Shown: positions 1 to 14,373 of the stretch, piece after piece | Layout: every line of letters starts with the position of its first letter | Numbering within the stretch: position 1 is the first letter of the stretch | Source of the DNA: Octopus bimaculoides | Lineage: Eukaryota | Assembly: GCF_001194135.2 (NCBI RefSeq) | Contig: NC_068991.1 | Location: 7,209,615-7,273,614, forward strand | Direction of reading: 5' to 3' | DNA: 64,000 bases | The notes under the pieces: model-generated | What the model saw: the letters and a program-made list of their open reading frames with translations, nothing else | Told to the model about the DNA's origin: nothing | The model's database searches: none | Made by a program: the position numbers and the translations under genes

Positions 1-231
1 TTCACAAACTACCTGTAATTAAGCAATTAAGTAGCAGAACATAAAAAATGCTAAAATTAATAAAGTATTTACACAGAGTCTAACTAAACAGAAAAAGATT
101 ATTTTTCAGTGTTCCATTTAAATATTTTTTCCATTGTAGAATAATGTGTAAATGTCAAGCTTGTTGAGTTTAACTCTTTTGATACTATCTGCGACTGCCC
201 CTAATTCTAAGATACAAATTTCTTGTCTTAA

Positions 232-453
232 CCCTTTTGATACCAACCAGCCTGAAACTGCCTCTGGCTCTGTAGTACAAATATCTTGTTTTAAAAAGTT
301 CTGAATTAAAATCTTCCACCAAACCTTAGTCACAATTTATGTTACTAATACTAGCTTAATGATAACTAAGTTATTTTACTAAACCTTTTGTTATATTTAA
401 CATTAACTGAAAGAAACACAGAGCATCTCAACAGAAATACAGTAACAAAAGGG
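232..453. mobile_element. piggyBac-type MITE, family 1
   Basis: TTAA on both sides (228-231, 454-457); termini CCCTTTTGATAC / GTAACAAAAGGG; no coding capacity. Confidence 0.85.
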
Positions 454-1861
454 TTAAAATTATCTAACTCCAAACATTCCATCAAAATTCCCTGTTAATT
501 AATGTTCCAGACATCAGATTAATAATGACAAAGCTATTTTACTAAATTCCAAATTATTTTCAAAATCAACTGAGACAACGGTAGTATATTGCCACAGAAA
601 TATGATAGGAAAAGGGTTGAACTTAAGGAACCTGTTATTTGATACTTTCTATATTATCTTCATACTAAAAAGAGTAGCTCTACAAATTTGGGTCTTTAAA
701 TTAAAAAAGTTAAAATAGCCCCCTTCTTTTTTGTAGTTTACTGTTCAACAATAACAAAGTAACAGTATAATCATTATGAAAATAGTACATTATGATAATT
801 GCAAGCTAGTATGATAACTATCAGAAAGTGTTAAGCGTAGAGCATGAAAGGAATTTCATTAACTTATATTAAGAACATTCTTGGCTTCAAATTACATAGA
901 TCCATATCCAAATTTTGCTTCGTTAAGATTTTACTAATTTGGAATACATAAATAAAACGCCTTCACTCCATACAAAAACAAAATAAAAATAACATACTGA
1001 TTGCAGACATATATACTCTCTCTCTCTCTCTCTCTCTCTCTCACATCCACACAAACACTACTGCAACTAAACAAATACTATAGATATTCAGCCCAGTTCT
1101 TGAATGTAATTTTGCAGTGAAAACACGACCAGACAGCAAATATGTTGGTCTGACAATGAAAGGATTGTAATTTCAACCTAATTGGTCTTATTCTACTTTG
1201 ATGCAGTTAGAATAGATTTATTCTCTCGGCAGGTTGTGTACATCACTTTAGCACTTTAGATATGTGGAAGTAATTTTCTAGTAGCAGTAATTTCACGATA
1301 AGTAGATGAATAAAATTATGTAATACAACACAGAGCAAAGGAGTTGACTCTGGCTGGGAATTTATATTTTTTAATTTTCCTTTACTGGTTCCAGCCATTT
1401 GACTTTGACTGTGACTGTTCTCGGACACCACCTAGGATATTGTCAATTAGAATAATCTCAGTTCCTCTTTTATTGACCTTCTAAAGGTCTATTATAATTC
1501 AATTCACATCTAAGACACATTATAGGGATTTATTCCAATTCTTGACTGGTAACTTTATTTTATCAATTGAATGATGGAAAGTAAGGATTGTATCCACAGT
1601 GTAAAAAGCTGAACCATAGTAGCACAAGCATTTTGTTCAAGATTCTAACTATTGTTCAGCGTTCTAACTATGGTCCAGGACTCTAGCATTTTAACTATTC
1701 TGGATTCTAACTACTCTGGCAATCCACTAGTTACAAAGAATGGTAGAGTAGAACAGTGCTGGGATTTGAATACAGTATGTAACTAAAAACCGTTTGGTAT
1801 TTTTCCAAATGTTTTAAGAATTCTGTCAACTACTGTCATATGTGTGTGTGCGTGTGTGTGC

Positions 1862-2050
1862 ATGCAGATATGGTTGTGTAATTAAGAAGTGTGCTATGCA
1901 ACCATGTGGTTATGGATTCAGTCCCACTGTGCAGCAACCTAGGGGAAGTGTCGTTTTCTGTAGCCCTGGGCCAACCAATGACTTGGAGTGAAACAAGTAG
2001 ACAGAAACTGCAAGGAGGTATTTCATGTATGTGTGTGGGTGGGTGTGTAC
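1862..2050 (+). mobile_element. SINE family B head (other heads or tails near 30385-30545, 31690-31735, 39960-40085, 43190-43353, 44893-45017, 45630-45780, 54215-54440, 63583-63755, 63920-64000)
   Basis: ggattcagtcccactgtgcagcaacc B-box head and gtagacagaaactg core. Confidence 0.7.
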
Positions 2051-2348
2051 ATATGTATATGCAATTAATAAATGTTGTCATTAATACTGTCTAGGTCAAA
2101 GATGGTGACAGTGTTTACTTTCTCTAGTGAACAACAAATGCTCTGTAATTCAGCAGATGTATGACAGCTGGAGGAGTGAAAAATAGTTTACTTGAAAAAC
2201 AAGGGTTGGTGATAGGAAGAACATCCAGCAATAGAAAACCTGTCTTAAAAGAAGTTTTGTCTAACGAATATCACCATGGAAAAATGAACATAAAAACACT
2301 CAAATATGTAGGTATAGGTTTGGTGATGCAATGGAAAATACTCAAAAA

Positions 2349-2550
2349 TCATCATCATCATCATTTAGTGTCCGCCTTCCATGCTAGTATGGGTTGGATG
2401 GTTTAACTGGGGACTGGCAAGCCAGGAGGTCGCACCAGGCTCCAATCTGATCTGGCAGAGTTTCTACAGCTGGATGCCCTTCCTAACGCCAACCACTCCG
2501 AGAGTGTAGTGGGTGCTTTTACGTGCCACCGGCATGAGGGCCAGTCAGGC
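2349..2550 (-). mobile_element. Family A copy, 5'-truncated
   Basis: (cat)n ttagtgtccgccttccatgctag...ggatgcccttcctaacgcc. Confidence 0.85.
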
Positions 2551-2731
2551 TGAATATATAGATATTTTTAATTATCAATAATCAGCAGAAGTTACAGAAT
2601 GACCCAAGGTCAGTTTCATGCATTGCCACGTGTGTGTCGCTTAATTTCTCTGAGTATATGAGTGTTAGCTTAAATATACATTTATACCAACAAAACATTG
2701 AGAAAAAAAACCAAAAAAAAAACCTGGTTTA

Positions 2732-2983
<252 letters not shown>

Positions 2984-4183
2984 CTAGAAGGGATGAAATA
3001 TCAAATCAAAATTAGATTCCAAGTAACTTCACAATGCAGACTTATTTTAAAAAGGGGTTAGTTATTATCAGCTGATTATTTCAAAGAGAAATACTTAAAG
3101 CATTTTGTGCATGCAAATGAATATTTTCCTACTGATGAGAAACAGCATTCAAACAGGACAAAAGATAACATTAACTAAATGTAACAAATGGACAAAAATA
3201 AACAAAATGCAGTACAATAAATATGTTATTTTTAACGGAGAGTAATGATAAAAGAACTGGGTATTTGCTCAAAATTACATAATTTTGAGAACAGTTTCAA
3301 TTTTAACAGGAAGTTAATTGCACTGAAACAAGATATGCAAACATACACACACACAAGCGACCACATTTCTCTGGTAAATTAAGACAAGTGTTTCAAATTA
3401 TTTTGGAAATAATTAAGAATTTGGAGGGATTTAGTTAAGATAATTTTTTTTTTTATCAAGCTATTATTTGAAACAATTCAACAAAAAGTTCTTAGATAAA
3501 ATTACGGTGGAAGGTTTAAATTTAAAAATGAACACTTTAAAGGGAGAGGATCTTAAAACCAGAGGTTGTCTCAAATGGGTTCGTATCAAAAGGGTTAAAC
3601 ATGCTTTAAGATTTAAGAAAACAAAAGTTTTTATTTGAGTAAATTTTATACAAAAGCAAAAACAATAAAAGAATCTTGACGAAACCAAGCAGAGCAATTT
3701 AGCAAAAGAGGGAAGATTTTGATATATTAATACACTTTCACTAAGTTCCAGAAGCATGAAATTAAATTCAAGACAAAGCTTTGGAATATCTATGGAAAAA
3801 AAAAAAAAATGATCTTAGAAATGAAGATGTAAATATTAATATTATAAATGTTCACAAGAATTATCTGATGAATTTATCAACAAGGATAGCTTTCACTTTC
3901 TCAAATGTCAGAATGTTTATTTCAGTTTTATAGAGTAAGTTGGTAAGTGCTTGACATTTTCAAACCATTTATTGCTTGGTAGGAAGTAGGATCAAGGATA
4001 AAAGATTACATCCTGTATAGAATAAGTTGATCAACAAGAGCAAAGTAATTTATCTTTAATATTTATGAAGTTATATTTTCAATAGATAAAAAGAAAATTA
4101 TTTGCTATCTTATATTTTATTGTCCTATGTTCTAAAATGTTTCAAAATATTTTTGATACCAGCAGCTCAAAAGTATAAACATC

Positions 4184-4650
4184 CATCATCATCATCATAT
4201 TACATCCATTTTCCATGCTAGCATACGATAGATAATTTAACAGGAACTGGCAAATTAGGGGACTGCACCGAACTCCAATGTTAGGCATAGATTCTATGGT
4301 TAGAGGTTCTTTCTAATGCCAACCACTTTCCAGAGTGTACTGGACACTTTTTATGAGGCACTGGCACTAGTAAGATCACTGAGTAGCTCAAGACAAGACC
4401 CACCCCCTCAACTGAAGGGGAAATAGTATTGAGAGAGGTGGCTTTATGCCAGGTGATGAAAAGCTTGAATATGATAGGACAGGAACAAGTATCTTGCTAT
4501 AGGAAGATATATGGTTACCCCAGTTGGAAAAGAAAGACAAAGATGTGTCAGGGCGCACCCTCAAGTTACAGGAAGGTGAATACAAGAGAAGTTGCATGGG
4601 TGAGTACGATCATAGGAGTGTGAAGGAGAGTGGCAGATGGATAGAGATAG
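4184..4650 (-). mobile_element. Family A variant with purine-rich extension (also 39296-39740 minus, 13770-14130 plus)
   Basis: Shared tail plus shared ggacaggaac...ccctcaagttacagg..ggtgaata.aagagaagt block in 4.2-4.6 and 39.3-39.7 kb. Confidence 0.7.
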
Positions 4651-5260
4651 AGAAAAACAAAAATTCCTTATATTAAATGAGCATCAGCGTATCTTACATA
4701 TAAAGGTCAAAACTAGTAATTTCTATAATGATGCAGTATTTTTTTATTACATAAGAGAGGAAAGTTACAGAGGAATGAAGTGAAGAGATGATACAAAAAT
4801 ACAACTGCTTCCTGTTTGGTATCTTACTGCTGAAGATATCTTTACTTCTATAAAATTAATAATTTCTATCATGATATAGCAATGAAAAAGAAGAATGTAA
4901 GCTTATAATTTATCAATACTGGAACTAACAGATTAAATGGTTCTCATGTGCAGATCAGATTTTTGGCAATTGTTGAAATTTTAGATTACTGTAGAGGGAA
5001 GCTTCTGTGTCAAGTGTGCAATCTACTTTGGATATGTGGTTGGAGCTATTTCACTATATTTATAATGCAAATGGAATGTCCATCACACAGCCTCAATAAA
5101 CCTCTTAAGTCTGAAGCCATGGGCACGAGTCGTCAAGAGTGGGGTAATAAAGCTAAGTTGATAGATTTACATACATTACTTTATCTCTGCAGTAGAAAAT
5201 AGACTGTATTGAACAATATCATCACTGCATAATGAAAGGAAGATAAAGAAAAAGAGAATA

Positions 5261-5781
5261 CATTTATCCTTGTTTATCACAGGGGTTTGGTTCCCAAAAA
5301 ATCAGTGATAAATGAATCATCTCCAAACACTTTGTAAATGGAACAAATGGTAGATTAATTGGCACCAAACTCAGGGACCACAGCAGTGAAGCTTTCACAA
5401 TTACATATTTTCTTGACCAACTCTATCTTTTCCTGTAGAGAATACAATCATCTGCATCGTTTGTTAGGATCAAGCACTTACACAAGTTTTCTGTTCACTG
5501 GTCACATGTTGATAGGTACGAGTATGTAAGTCTGTATTAAAAGATACACAACCTTGCAGGATGGTCACATAAACACAAGCAATAGTCAGTGCGTTCTGAG
5601 TAGCCGAGAATTGTGGGTGACTTCTGGGACAAGTTTTTGCAGTACAAGCAGAATCTTTGACTGATCGCTGACCTGCGTTATCACAGATCAATCCGTGATA
5701 AACATAACATGGGTCAAAACTAAGCATAATGTTTTATCCCAGATCAGTGATAACCGAATCAGCAATCAACAAGGCTACATG
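5261..5781. mobile_element. Tigger/pogo-like (Tc1-mariner) non-autonomous element
   Basis: TA flanks; imperfect TIRs CATTTATCCTTGTTTATC / AATCAACAAGGCTACATG with the subterminal cagtgataa..gaatc pattern at both ends. Confidence 0.55.
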
Positions 5782-6348
5782 TATTTGAAACAAACCAAAG
5801 TGAAATCAACATGGTTTTAATATGCAAACTATATTTTCTAATATGAGGATAATGCCTGTTATATTAATAAAACAAATATTATTATTAACGATTCTAGTAG
5901 AAAAATAAATATGTTTTAGTAACTTAAAATCATGCAAAATGTCTAATATTTGAAATGACAATAACAGTCACTCACCATAACAAAGTCCTGTAGAGATTTA
6001 TTAGTGAACTAGAATTGGTTAGGCATAACGGTTAGTGATATACATATACAGTTAGTTACAGTTAAAGCAATTAGTAGGATTATTCAGCAGGTGTTAATTA
6101 ATGTAATGTCAGACAAAGTGTTACAGCTGTTGCAGCTGAGGCTTTTATACAACTATTATAGCGACAAGATTCAGCATCATACACACACACACACGCACAC
6201 ACATACACACGCACACACATATATAAAAATATAACTAAATTAAAATCCCAAACAGTCAAGTAAATAAATAAAATCTACATTTATCTATTTGAAATGTTAG
6301 CAGCATGGATGTTAGTATGGCAACGAGAGGAGAATGGATATCTAGTAC

Positions 6349-6495
6349 CTGCTCATGAGTCAGCCGCTGCTGTTCAGTAAAAGGTGGTTTGGATGGAAAG
6401 TTTCCAATAAAAGAGGTTGGTTGAGGAGACTTGGAACTAGGTGACAAATTAGGTCCTGTCGCAGGGGGCCCTGCATTCCTGTTGCTATAGGGATC
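6349..6495 (-). CDS. PAK4: Group II PAK kinase, coding exon 3 (Pro-rich linker ending QRLTHEQ)
   Basis: Acceptor ttcttacctaaag|GAT with upstream pyrimidine tract; DPYSNRNAGPP...EQQRLTHEQ matches PAK4 QRVSHEQ; donor CAG|gtacta at 6348; 147 nt, phase 0-0. The 5' boundary is less certain than the 3'. Confidence 0.88.
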
Positions 6496-7469
6496 CTTTA
6501 GGTAAGAATACATTCACAGGAAAGGGAACATAAGGTCAGATAAAGGACATGCAGCATGCATTATACAATGAAATAAAAACAATATCATTCCAGAAAAATC
6601 AAACAACATGACATGCTAGGTTTTGATACAGATGCTTCAGATTTGTTTTTAGAAGCTATTTTGAATTTCACAATTATATAATACACATTTTGTTTTAATT
6701 CTAAAGTTTGATAGCATTTTTGATACCAAACATGTGCATACAATTTGAGAATGTGAATAACACATACACGATATTTCAAAAGAACAAAATGTACACAGTC
6801 TGTGCTAAGGAGATAATCATATACAATTCCAGGTGTCACAAAACTGCAGCACTTAAAATATAATGAATATAATCAATGGATTTTAGAAGTGTACAAATGG
6901 AAGGAGAAATATTAATTTCAAATTATAGACTACGATGATGCAAATATAGGAAAAACTGAAATTAAATTACATATGCAGGGTAATTCAAAATGAATGGTAC
7001 AAAAAAGAAAGCACACCTGTGAGTGTTATAAATGAAAATATTGCAAAAATATGGATGTAACATAAAAGTTTAACTCTCCAAGTTTTGTTTGGCCACGCTG
7101 ATAATCTCGCCTTTACCATCATTAGAATCTTGAAGTGTTAACCTTTCATGTTACATCTGTATTTTTGCAATATATTCATCACAACAGTCACATGTATGTT
7201 TGTTTTCTTTTTGTACTTTTCATTTGGACTGTATTTCTAAATATATCAATATGTTTTATCCCATAAATAATATATCACTATTAATATTATATTACTATGT
7301 TTAAATCCATGTAAGTAAACAATATCAATATTGTTGATATAGATAGATCTACCACATAGATTTACTTGAGTGATTATCTCAATGGCATCAACCCAACATG
7401 GTAATTATGAGAGTAAATTCATGTGTAAAGTATTGAAATGTAGACTTTAGCAAGTTTAGTAACATCTTA

Positions 7470-7682
7470 ACGAAATCAGCATCCCTAATGGAGAGCCTTT
7501 ATGTAATCACAGGGTCTACTTAGTATAGCCACCAAATTTCCTTCCAATCACTATCACCATCATAAAAAAAAAACAGAAAGACACATTGGACAATGTAGTT
7601 TTAGATAACCCTAAAAAGACACAATGATCATATGTTTGCTCAATCAGGAACGACCTGGGGTTAAACAACAACAACAACAATC
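7470..7682 (+). mobile_element. Interspersed repeat family F with (CAA)n tail (related 22605-22770, 43380-43540, 51770-51990)
   Basis: Shared g(a)gggagc...acc.gttag.aata.agcc.aa body; tail aaacaacaacaacaacaa. Confidence 0.5.
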
Positions 7683-8580
7683 TACATCACAACCTTAGCT
7701 GAAACTACACAAGACTTTTTAACTTTCCTTTCATTGTCATGGGGCGTCTACCTTTTATGATTTACACCAGTTGCTACCTTGTCATTTAAACACTCGTATA
7801 TCTCTCTTCTACGCATTTCTTACTTTCATTGACATTAATTTATGTATCAAACATTTAACACCCACCTCCAACTGTAGCCCTTGGGAACCTTTCTCTCCTT
7901 TTCTGCTCAAATCTTTCTTCCAAATATGACCTAGACTTTATATAAGTGCTAGCCACTGAGCTGTGATCATGCTGGAGCACTGCCATCTGATAAGTATTTG
8001 AGATTCTAACACTACCATCACTTCCCACTATGAACAGGATTAAACACCCTATCTTGATTGTTTTGATTGTCTTTTTGTGTAAAAGTTCCTCAAAATATCT
8101 CCAGAATCAGTGTTCTTATTCTCCACAATCTTGACATCAGCCTCCCGTAAATAATTTACCAAAATTAACCTTTTAACAAATATTTAATCAACAAATAGAG
8201 GTGACAATACAAAGTAGAAATAAAATTTTTATGCCAAGGTCAACTGATAAAAAAAAAAGCTGTTTTTAAAAGCTGATAAAAAAAACTAATAAAAACATAA
8301 ATGAAAATATATCATATACTTTTAGAAATAAGAATTGTAGTCTTTTCATAACACTAAAGTGTATAATGTTATATAACATTTTTTAAAAAATACTACCAAA
8401 GTAAAAAAAAACAAAATATTGCTATCACAATAAACACATTACAGCTGCAATAAATTTATTATAGTTGAGTATATCCTGTCACTAATTAATGTTTTATGGT
8501 TCTGAGCTCTAATTCTCAACCTGTAAGAGTTTTAGAACAGCTCTTCACTCTTCTATAATTGAAATGAAATCTATTAGTAT

Positions 8581-8760
8581 CAGTGGTTCTCAAACAGGCA
8601 AATACTAGTCCCCCTACAACCACCACCAAATACTGAAGTTTTTAGCCCCCACCTCATTTGCCAATGTGTAAACAAGTTTACATCTGTATAATTTGTCCCC
8701 ACCCACATAATGAAATTTTTGGGTCTCCACCTCTTTATTAATGAGTACAGAAGATACAGT
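8581..8760. mobile_element. Possible hAT (Charlie-like) left end relic
   Basis: Begins CAGTGGTTCTCAAAC, a common hAT terminal motif; matching right end not found. Confidence 0.3.
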
Positions 8761-9802
8761 TTGCATTCATTTAATTCTTTCTTAAAATTATCTTAATTTT
8801 ATTAAACGTGACAATTGGTTTTCCCCCCTTTTCAATCCTCTCAGACTCCCTATGAGAAATCCTACATCGTAAGTACTAACATCCTTCAACAGAAATGTAC
8901 TGTCAGAATATTCGCATTGTAAAGCCTGATATGGTTTCACAGTGCTACAAAATATATTCTAAATCTACTTAGCACTTGAAGGAAACATACTGCTAAAATG
9001 AACAGAAACGGTGCCACATTATAGAACTGCAACAGAAATTTACATTGTAATGCTGCTTAGTTTATTAATTTTCTGAAATCACTAAATCAAAATTCCCATT
9101 TGACCAATATTACTGCCATCAGATGAAAAATTAAGTTACAAAATTAAAAAGAATTTGAAGATCACCAGTCTAGGTACTTTTAACTGAAAATAAAGTATTT
9201 CCCTAACAAAACCCTTAGTTTCGTTCATTAAACTAATTGAAATACAAATAGAATGTCTGGATGCTTTTATAATTCATTAAACAGGTATATGTTCAATTAA
9301 AATCTTGTAGTAACCAAGAGAGCTAAAAGAAAGACTACCACTATAATTCTGGACTAATGTGCCATGAAACTAACCAATATATACAGCTACATGTAAGTGG
9401 CATACAGTAAAGTTATGAAAATACTCACATATAAATCCAGCAACTATAGTTAACAAGGCAATACTTTAGATTTATTTGACAAGCAAAAACATATTTTAAA
9501 AGGGAGATGATGATAATTTACCTCTAAACTAGTAAAGAAAAAAAAACCCATGGAAGATATCGTTTTAACAAAATAGTACAGTATTTCTGACTTTTAGAAA
9601 ACATTAATTAGAAAATCAATGAATTAGAACATTGAATTAGATAATTTGGTGATTCAATGAATAAGAAGTTAGATGCTGATAAAAATGAGTTAAATATGAG
9701 ATTTACAGGCTGTGGCTGATGATAAAACAATGATTTGAAAGTTATTCGTGCTAATATTTCTACGACCTGTCTCAAAACAAGGAACATTATTCTGTCCTGT
9801 AA

Positions 9803-9998
9803 CCCTTTAGCATCTGAACCAGCCATGCTCGGCTAAAATCCAACTGGATTTGGCCTCTCACTCCTACCCTACAATGTCATTGCAAATAGACAATCACATC
9901 ATTGAAATATTGAAGCTATGAGATAATGCCAGATCCAATTCAAAACAACATGAATAAATAACTATTTCATTTGATAGAGTAATCTGAATGCCAAAGGG
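9803..9998. mobile_element. piggyBac-type MITE, family 2
   Basis: GTAA-CCCTTTAGCAT ... ATGCCAAAGGG-TTAA termini. Confidence 0.75.
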
Positions 9999-11079
9999 TT
10001 AATTAAAATCATATAAATACAAGTTACTGCTCCAACTTCAGAATTAAAGTGCTTAAAGGTAGGCATCATAAGTCAGCACTTTATTTACTTGTTGAAATTT
10101 AAAGAACTCATGGCAGCATGGTAAGAATGCTTTGAAAAACAAGCAACTATAATTTAAGAGGAAAATAACTGAAACAGATATATGGGCTTTTTGTAAATGT
10201 TGAAGCAAAACACTTTAATTCTTAATGAAAACAATATTGAAAAAGTAATCAATTCCTTATTCATCTGATAGACGCACAGTCTGATTGAGAACTATTTATC
10301 AGTAATAAATAATACACAATTAATTTAAGATTACATTTTAACATCCAGCCTGAAATATACTAAATGTGCAGCAACAGTGAAGGAAGCTTAATTGAAGATT
10401 GAATGAAGCTTATAGTATAGGAACATTGTCTTTAATTGAATGAATAAAAAAAATAATTTTGTCTTCAGACACAATCACCAACATAATTGTATTCATATTT
10501 ATGCAATATTGGTATTTCTTTGAAGAGAATACCCTGAAACCAACCAACAGCAAATGTCAAATGTACAATATCCTAAACACGAAGAAATGATAGTAAAAGC
10601 ACTGTGTGAAAGTAGCAAAGAGATGACATTTATGAAGGAAATCAGAGAAGTTTATAATGTTCCTACAAAATTTAATAGTTACATTTAAAAAACAAAAAAA
10701 GTGAGATTTGTTAATTGTATCTGCCCATGCTTCCATACATGAGATAGGTTTGATTTCATCTGAAGAGTCAATAATTTTAAAACTATTCTCTAGAGATCAG
10801 TAGCCATTATTTCACTGTTCTTTACCTAACAATTGCTCCAATCACTAATAGAAATGTTACAATATTTGCATGTCAATTCTTGCTAATTGCTTTCCCCTGT
10901 TGAGAATTAGAAACTTCGTCTTTCGATTGTTCAGAATATCTCTCTAGTGTTCACTTTCTCTGACATAGAAACATGTTTGTCAGTATCCAAATAGTCAATA
11001 TTATTTGACTTAGTTTATCAATTAATCAATAACCATTACAATAATAGTTCAGTAAATAAACCAGTTTAATCATACAAAC

Positions 11080-11631
11080 CTTATCGTAATCCATCCTCCC
11101 ATGGTGTTTTGGTATTACTCGGTTTACATTGCTGAGTGGAGCTGGAAAGTTGTTGTGCTTTGGAAGAACAGGGACCATCAAAGTTCCATTCATGGGATTT
11201 GGTGGACGGTACTCTTCTCGATTATGTCCTGGTCCAACTGAGTAAGGTGGCGGACCTTCACGAGAGCGTTCATCATTAAATCTATGATCAGGATGCCCAC
11301 TATCTGAATATCTAGGACGATTTTGGCTGTCAATATAATTTTTCTGATGAACTGGTTCATGAGGTAAGGTTTTAAAATCTCTGTCTTGATAGGGACCGTT
11401 CATGTGATCTCTCATGTATGAATGATTGAGATGAGTGGAGTGCGGCCGATTATTATAATTAACTGGTTCATCTTCAGGTACTGATGCATAATAACTGTCA
11501 GGAACATACCGTTTGTGTCGTAATGATGGTGGACTTTCTTTTCGTAAAGAATTGGATCTTGCAACTGTGATACTTTTGTTATCAGCTGCATAACCATTGA
11601 TGCTGGATGATGAATTACCTCGCACAATAGT
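11080..11631 (-). CDS. PAK4: Group II PAK kinase, coding exon 2 (linker, 184 codons)
   Basis: Acceptor (t)n atttcag|ACT ATT GTG CGA GGT gives TIVRGN, matching vertebrate PAK4 TIVRGS after the same phase-0 intron. Contains VARSNSLRKESPP (PAK4 RSNSLRRDSPP motif). Donor AAG|gtttgt at 11079; 552 nt open frame. Confidence 0.93.
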
Positions 11632-12039
11632 CTGAAATAAAAAAAAAAAAATTCAGTAGATCTCGTTCTTAAAAAGACCATATAAAATTTTATTTTTATA
11701 ATTCCATTATAAAATCTTTTTCTTTTTACATGCACCAAACTTAATAACTATACAGAAACAAAAGAGAATTTCAGCAGGTCAAATGAATAGGTTACTGGTC
11801 TTTTAGTTGAGAAGTGATGGTTTAAACTATTTTACCAGTAGTATGTTATGTCCATGATTAAGGTATTTTACCTTGCTGGGCCTGTCCATTTATCTATGAC
11901 TAGCTACTTTACAATTCATTATTGCAAGTAGCAAAAGCACTCTATAATTGCTGAGTGATTCATCACTTTGCAGTACAAAGCTTTTGAGCCATAGGGTGTA
12001 CAGCTTGCAATGAGATAACCCAATACTCATATATATATA

Positions 12040-12455
12040 TACTCATCATCATTTTAACATCTACTTTCCCATGCACACATGCATGGTTTGAACAAAATTT
12101 GTTTAGATGGATTTTCTACAACTGGATGCCCTTTCTGTTGCCAACCCTCACCTGCTTGCAAGTAAGGTAATATTTTCACATGACCAGACATGTTTTCACA
12201 GAAAATTGGAAATGAAGAATACTGCTTGTATAATGGTGACAGCTTGTTTACAATTAACACACGATGTCAAGGCAAGGAATCACTAACACACACAATAGGC
12301 TTCTTTCAGTTTCCATCTACCAAATCCACTCCCAAAGATTTGGTAGGTCCAGAGCTATACTAGAAAGCACTTGCCAAGATACCATGCAATGGAACTGTAC
12401 TCGAAACCATGTAGTTGGGAAGCAAACTTCTTACCATACAGTCAAATCTGCACCT
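12040..12455 (-). mobile_element. SINE family C: family B tRNA head plus RTE-type tail
   Basis: Head at 12290-12455, then distinct body, agggcatccagttgtagaaa and (gat)n tail. Confidence 0.75.
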
Positions 12456-14373
12456 ATAATATTAGTAAAACTTGTAATATTAGTAATACATTGTATATTG
12501 TTATTTAAATCTTTCTGAAGACTCAATCACTTTACCACCGACACAAATACCAAGAGTGCACAGTCATTACTTCAAATAAAGCTAACCCAAAATAGAACTA
12601 ATTACAATTAGACAATTTTTAAAATACAAAATTCCTGAATAAAGACATTAACAGATAAACAGTAAAAGTCATCAACATACCTCAAATAATTTAATTTTAT
12701 AAATATACATCAGTTTACTGCTGTGTTTCTTTTAAATTATTTTCATCAAATAAATGTCATTATGCCTAATTACCTATTGTAAACTGTAAACAAGAATTGC
12801 TTTGTAATATGAGTGAAAACTATTCTCATTTGTAATTTTCTAGTCTATTTTGTTTACAGAAATCAAACGTTATTTGAGCAAAGTGTTATTAGCTTAAACA
12901 TTCAATTAATTAAATTGATTCTGGCACCAAGTGATGGAGTAATTATCTGTCTGCAAAACAACTACCCACTCTTTTGAAAGATAGGTATGTACTCACTGAC
13001 TCTTGATATGGTATAAATGTATATACATTAATACAAATAAAAAAATGTAAAATAGTTGAAAAGATAAAGCGTGACCCATAGTAAAAGTTATTCTATGTGA
13101 TGTCTCAGATGTGATTAGGACAAACCTAAGAGTACTGGAGCTCATAGAAGAGAAAATTCAGAATGAGGACATGTAGAAGCCTGTTGTATTACAGACCTAC
13201 CCTTCATAACCAACATAAAGTGGTGCTTTAGACGATTATTTCATATTGATATTTATTTTTCAAATGAATTTCTCAATCAATGAAAGCTGTGTATTTTAAG
13301 GTGAAATTGGAAAAAAATGGAAAATATTTTGACTTAAGCATCATAAAATCTCAATTTTCTTTTATTTTTCTTATAATAAAGTTATTCAATAAGGAGTACA
13401 AATATCAGGAATATGCAAAGAAAAATGTTATATTCTTCTATAATAAACAAATTAAAGAGAGGTGTGTAACTGACAAGAAGACCATTGTATTATTTTACAT
13501 ATATTAAGCATGTGTATGCATGTACATAGATGTCTTTACATGTGAGCTAATCCGAAAATTGCTGTCATTTCCCATCATCAAATCATCTAATGCACTTGCA
13601 CCTTTAATGACATGTGAAATAAAAGATCCTTTACTTGAAAAACAGCTGACAGTTAGCAAAAAGCCATCCAGCTGTAAAGCAATGTCTCAATAATATAATA
13701 ATATATTCATATAACTCATGCTAGTATGGGAAAACGGATATAAAAATGAAAGAATAGCCATTTATTTCCTCTATAGCAAGACACCTGTGCTTGTCCATCT
13801 ATCATACTTTAGCCTTTCAATACCTGGCATTGTCCACCTCTCCTTCTTAAATACTCCCCCCACTTAGTAGCAAGAACATTTTTTCCTTTTCCTTTTTCCT
13901 CTGTTCTTCTTTTGTCTTGCCAGTTACTTGGCAACCTCACTGGTGCTGGTGGCATGAAAACAATACCCAGTCTACACTGCAATGCGGTTGGCCTTAAGAA
14001 GGGCAGTAGAAACCATGTCAAAGCTGACATTGGAGTTCAATGCAGCCCTGCAGCTTACCATATCCTGTCAAACCATTCAACCCATGCCAGCAACAACAGC
14101 ACAGTTTGCATAGTTTGATGATGATAATATATATAATATGAAGCTCCAACGAAGCTATAAGATGATACACAAGCACTCAACTTTTAGTGCATTACATCTT
14201 ATAGCAGAAACGGCTGTAAGCTAATGAAATTCATTGCATAATTTCTTGTTCTCTTATTACATTTTGAACTCAACTAACACTTCTTTCTGAAGTGTATGTA
14301 TACTGAGGTCCAACACCAGGTTATTAGTATTGCTATGCATAAGTCAAATACATAAGGAACTGCTGGAAATTGT

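Noticed and set aside
1643-1718. Decayed ~17-bp ttctaactat tandem repeat
   Set aside because: Ordinary degenerate minisatellite with no further structure.
11026-11079. ORF-track extensions past splice donors (also 15860-15928, 6256-6348, 2729-2794)
   Set aside because: Intron read-through; homology ends exactly at GT donors.
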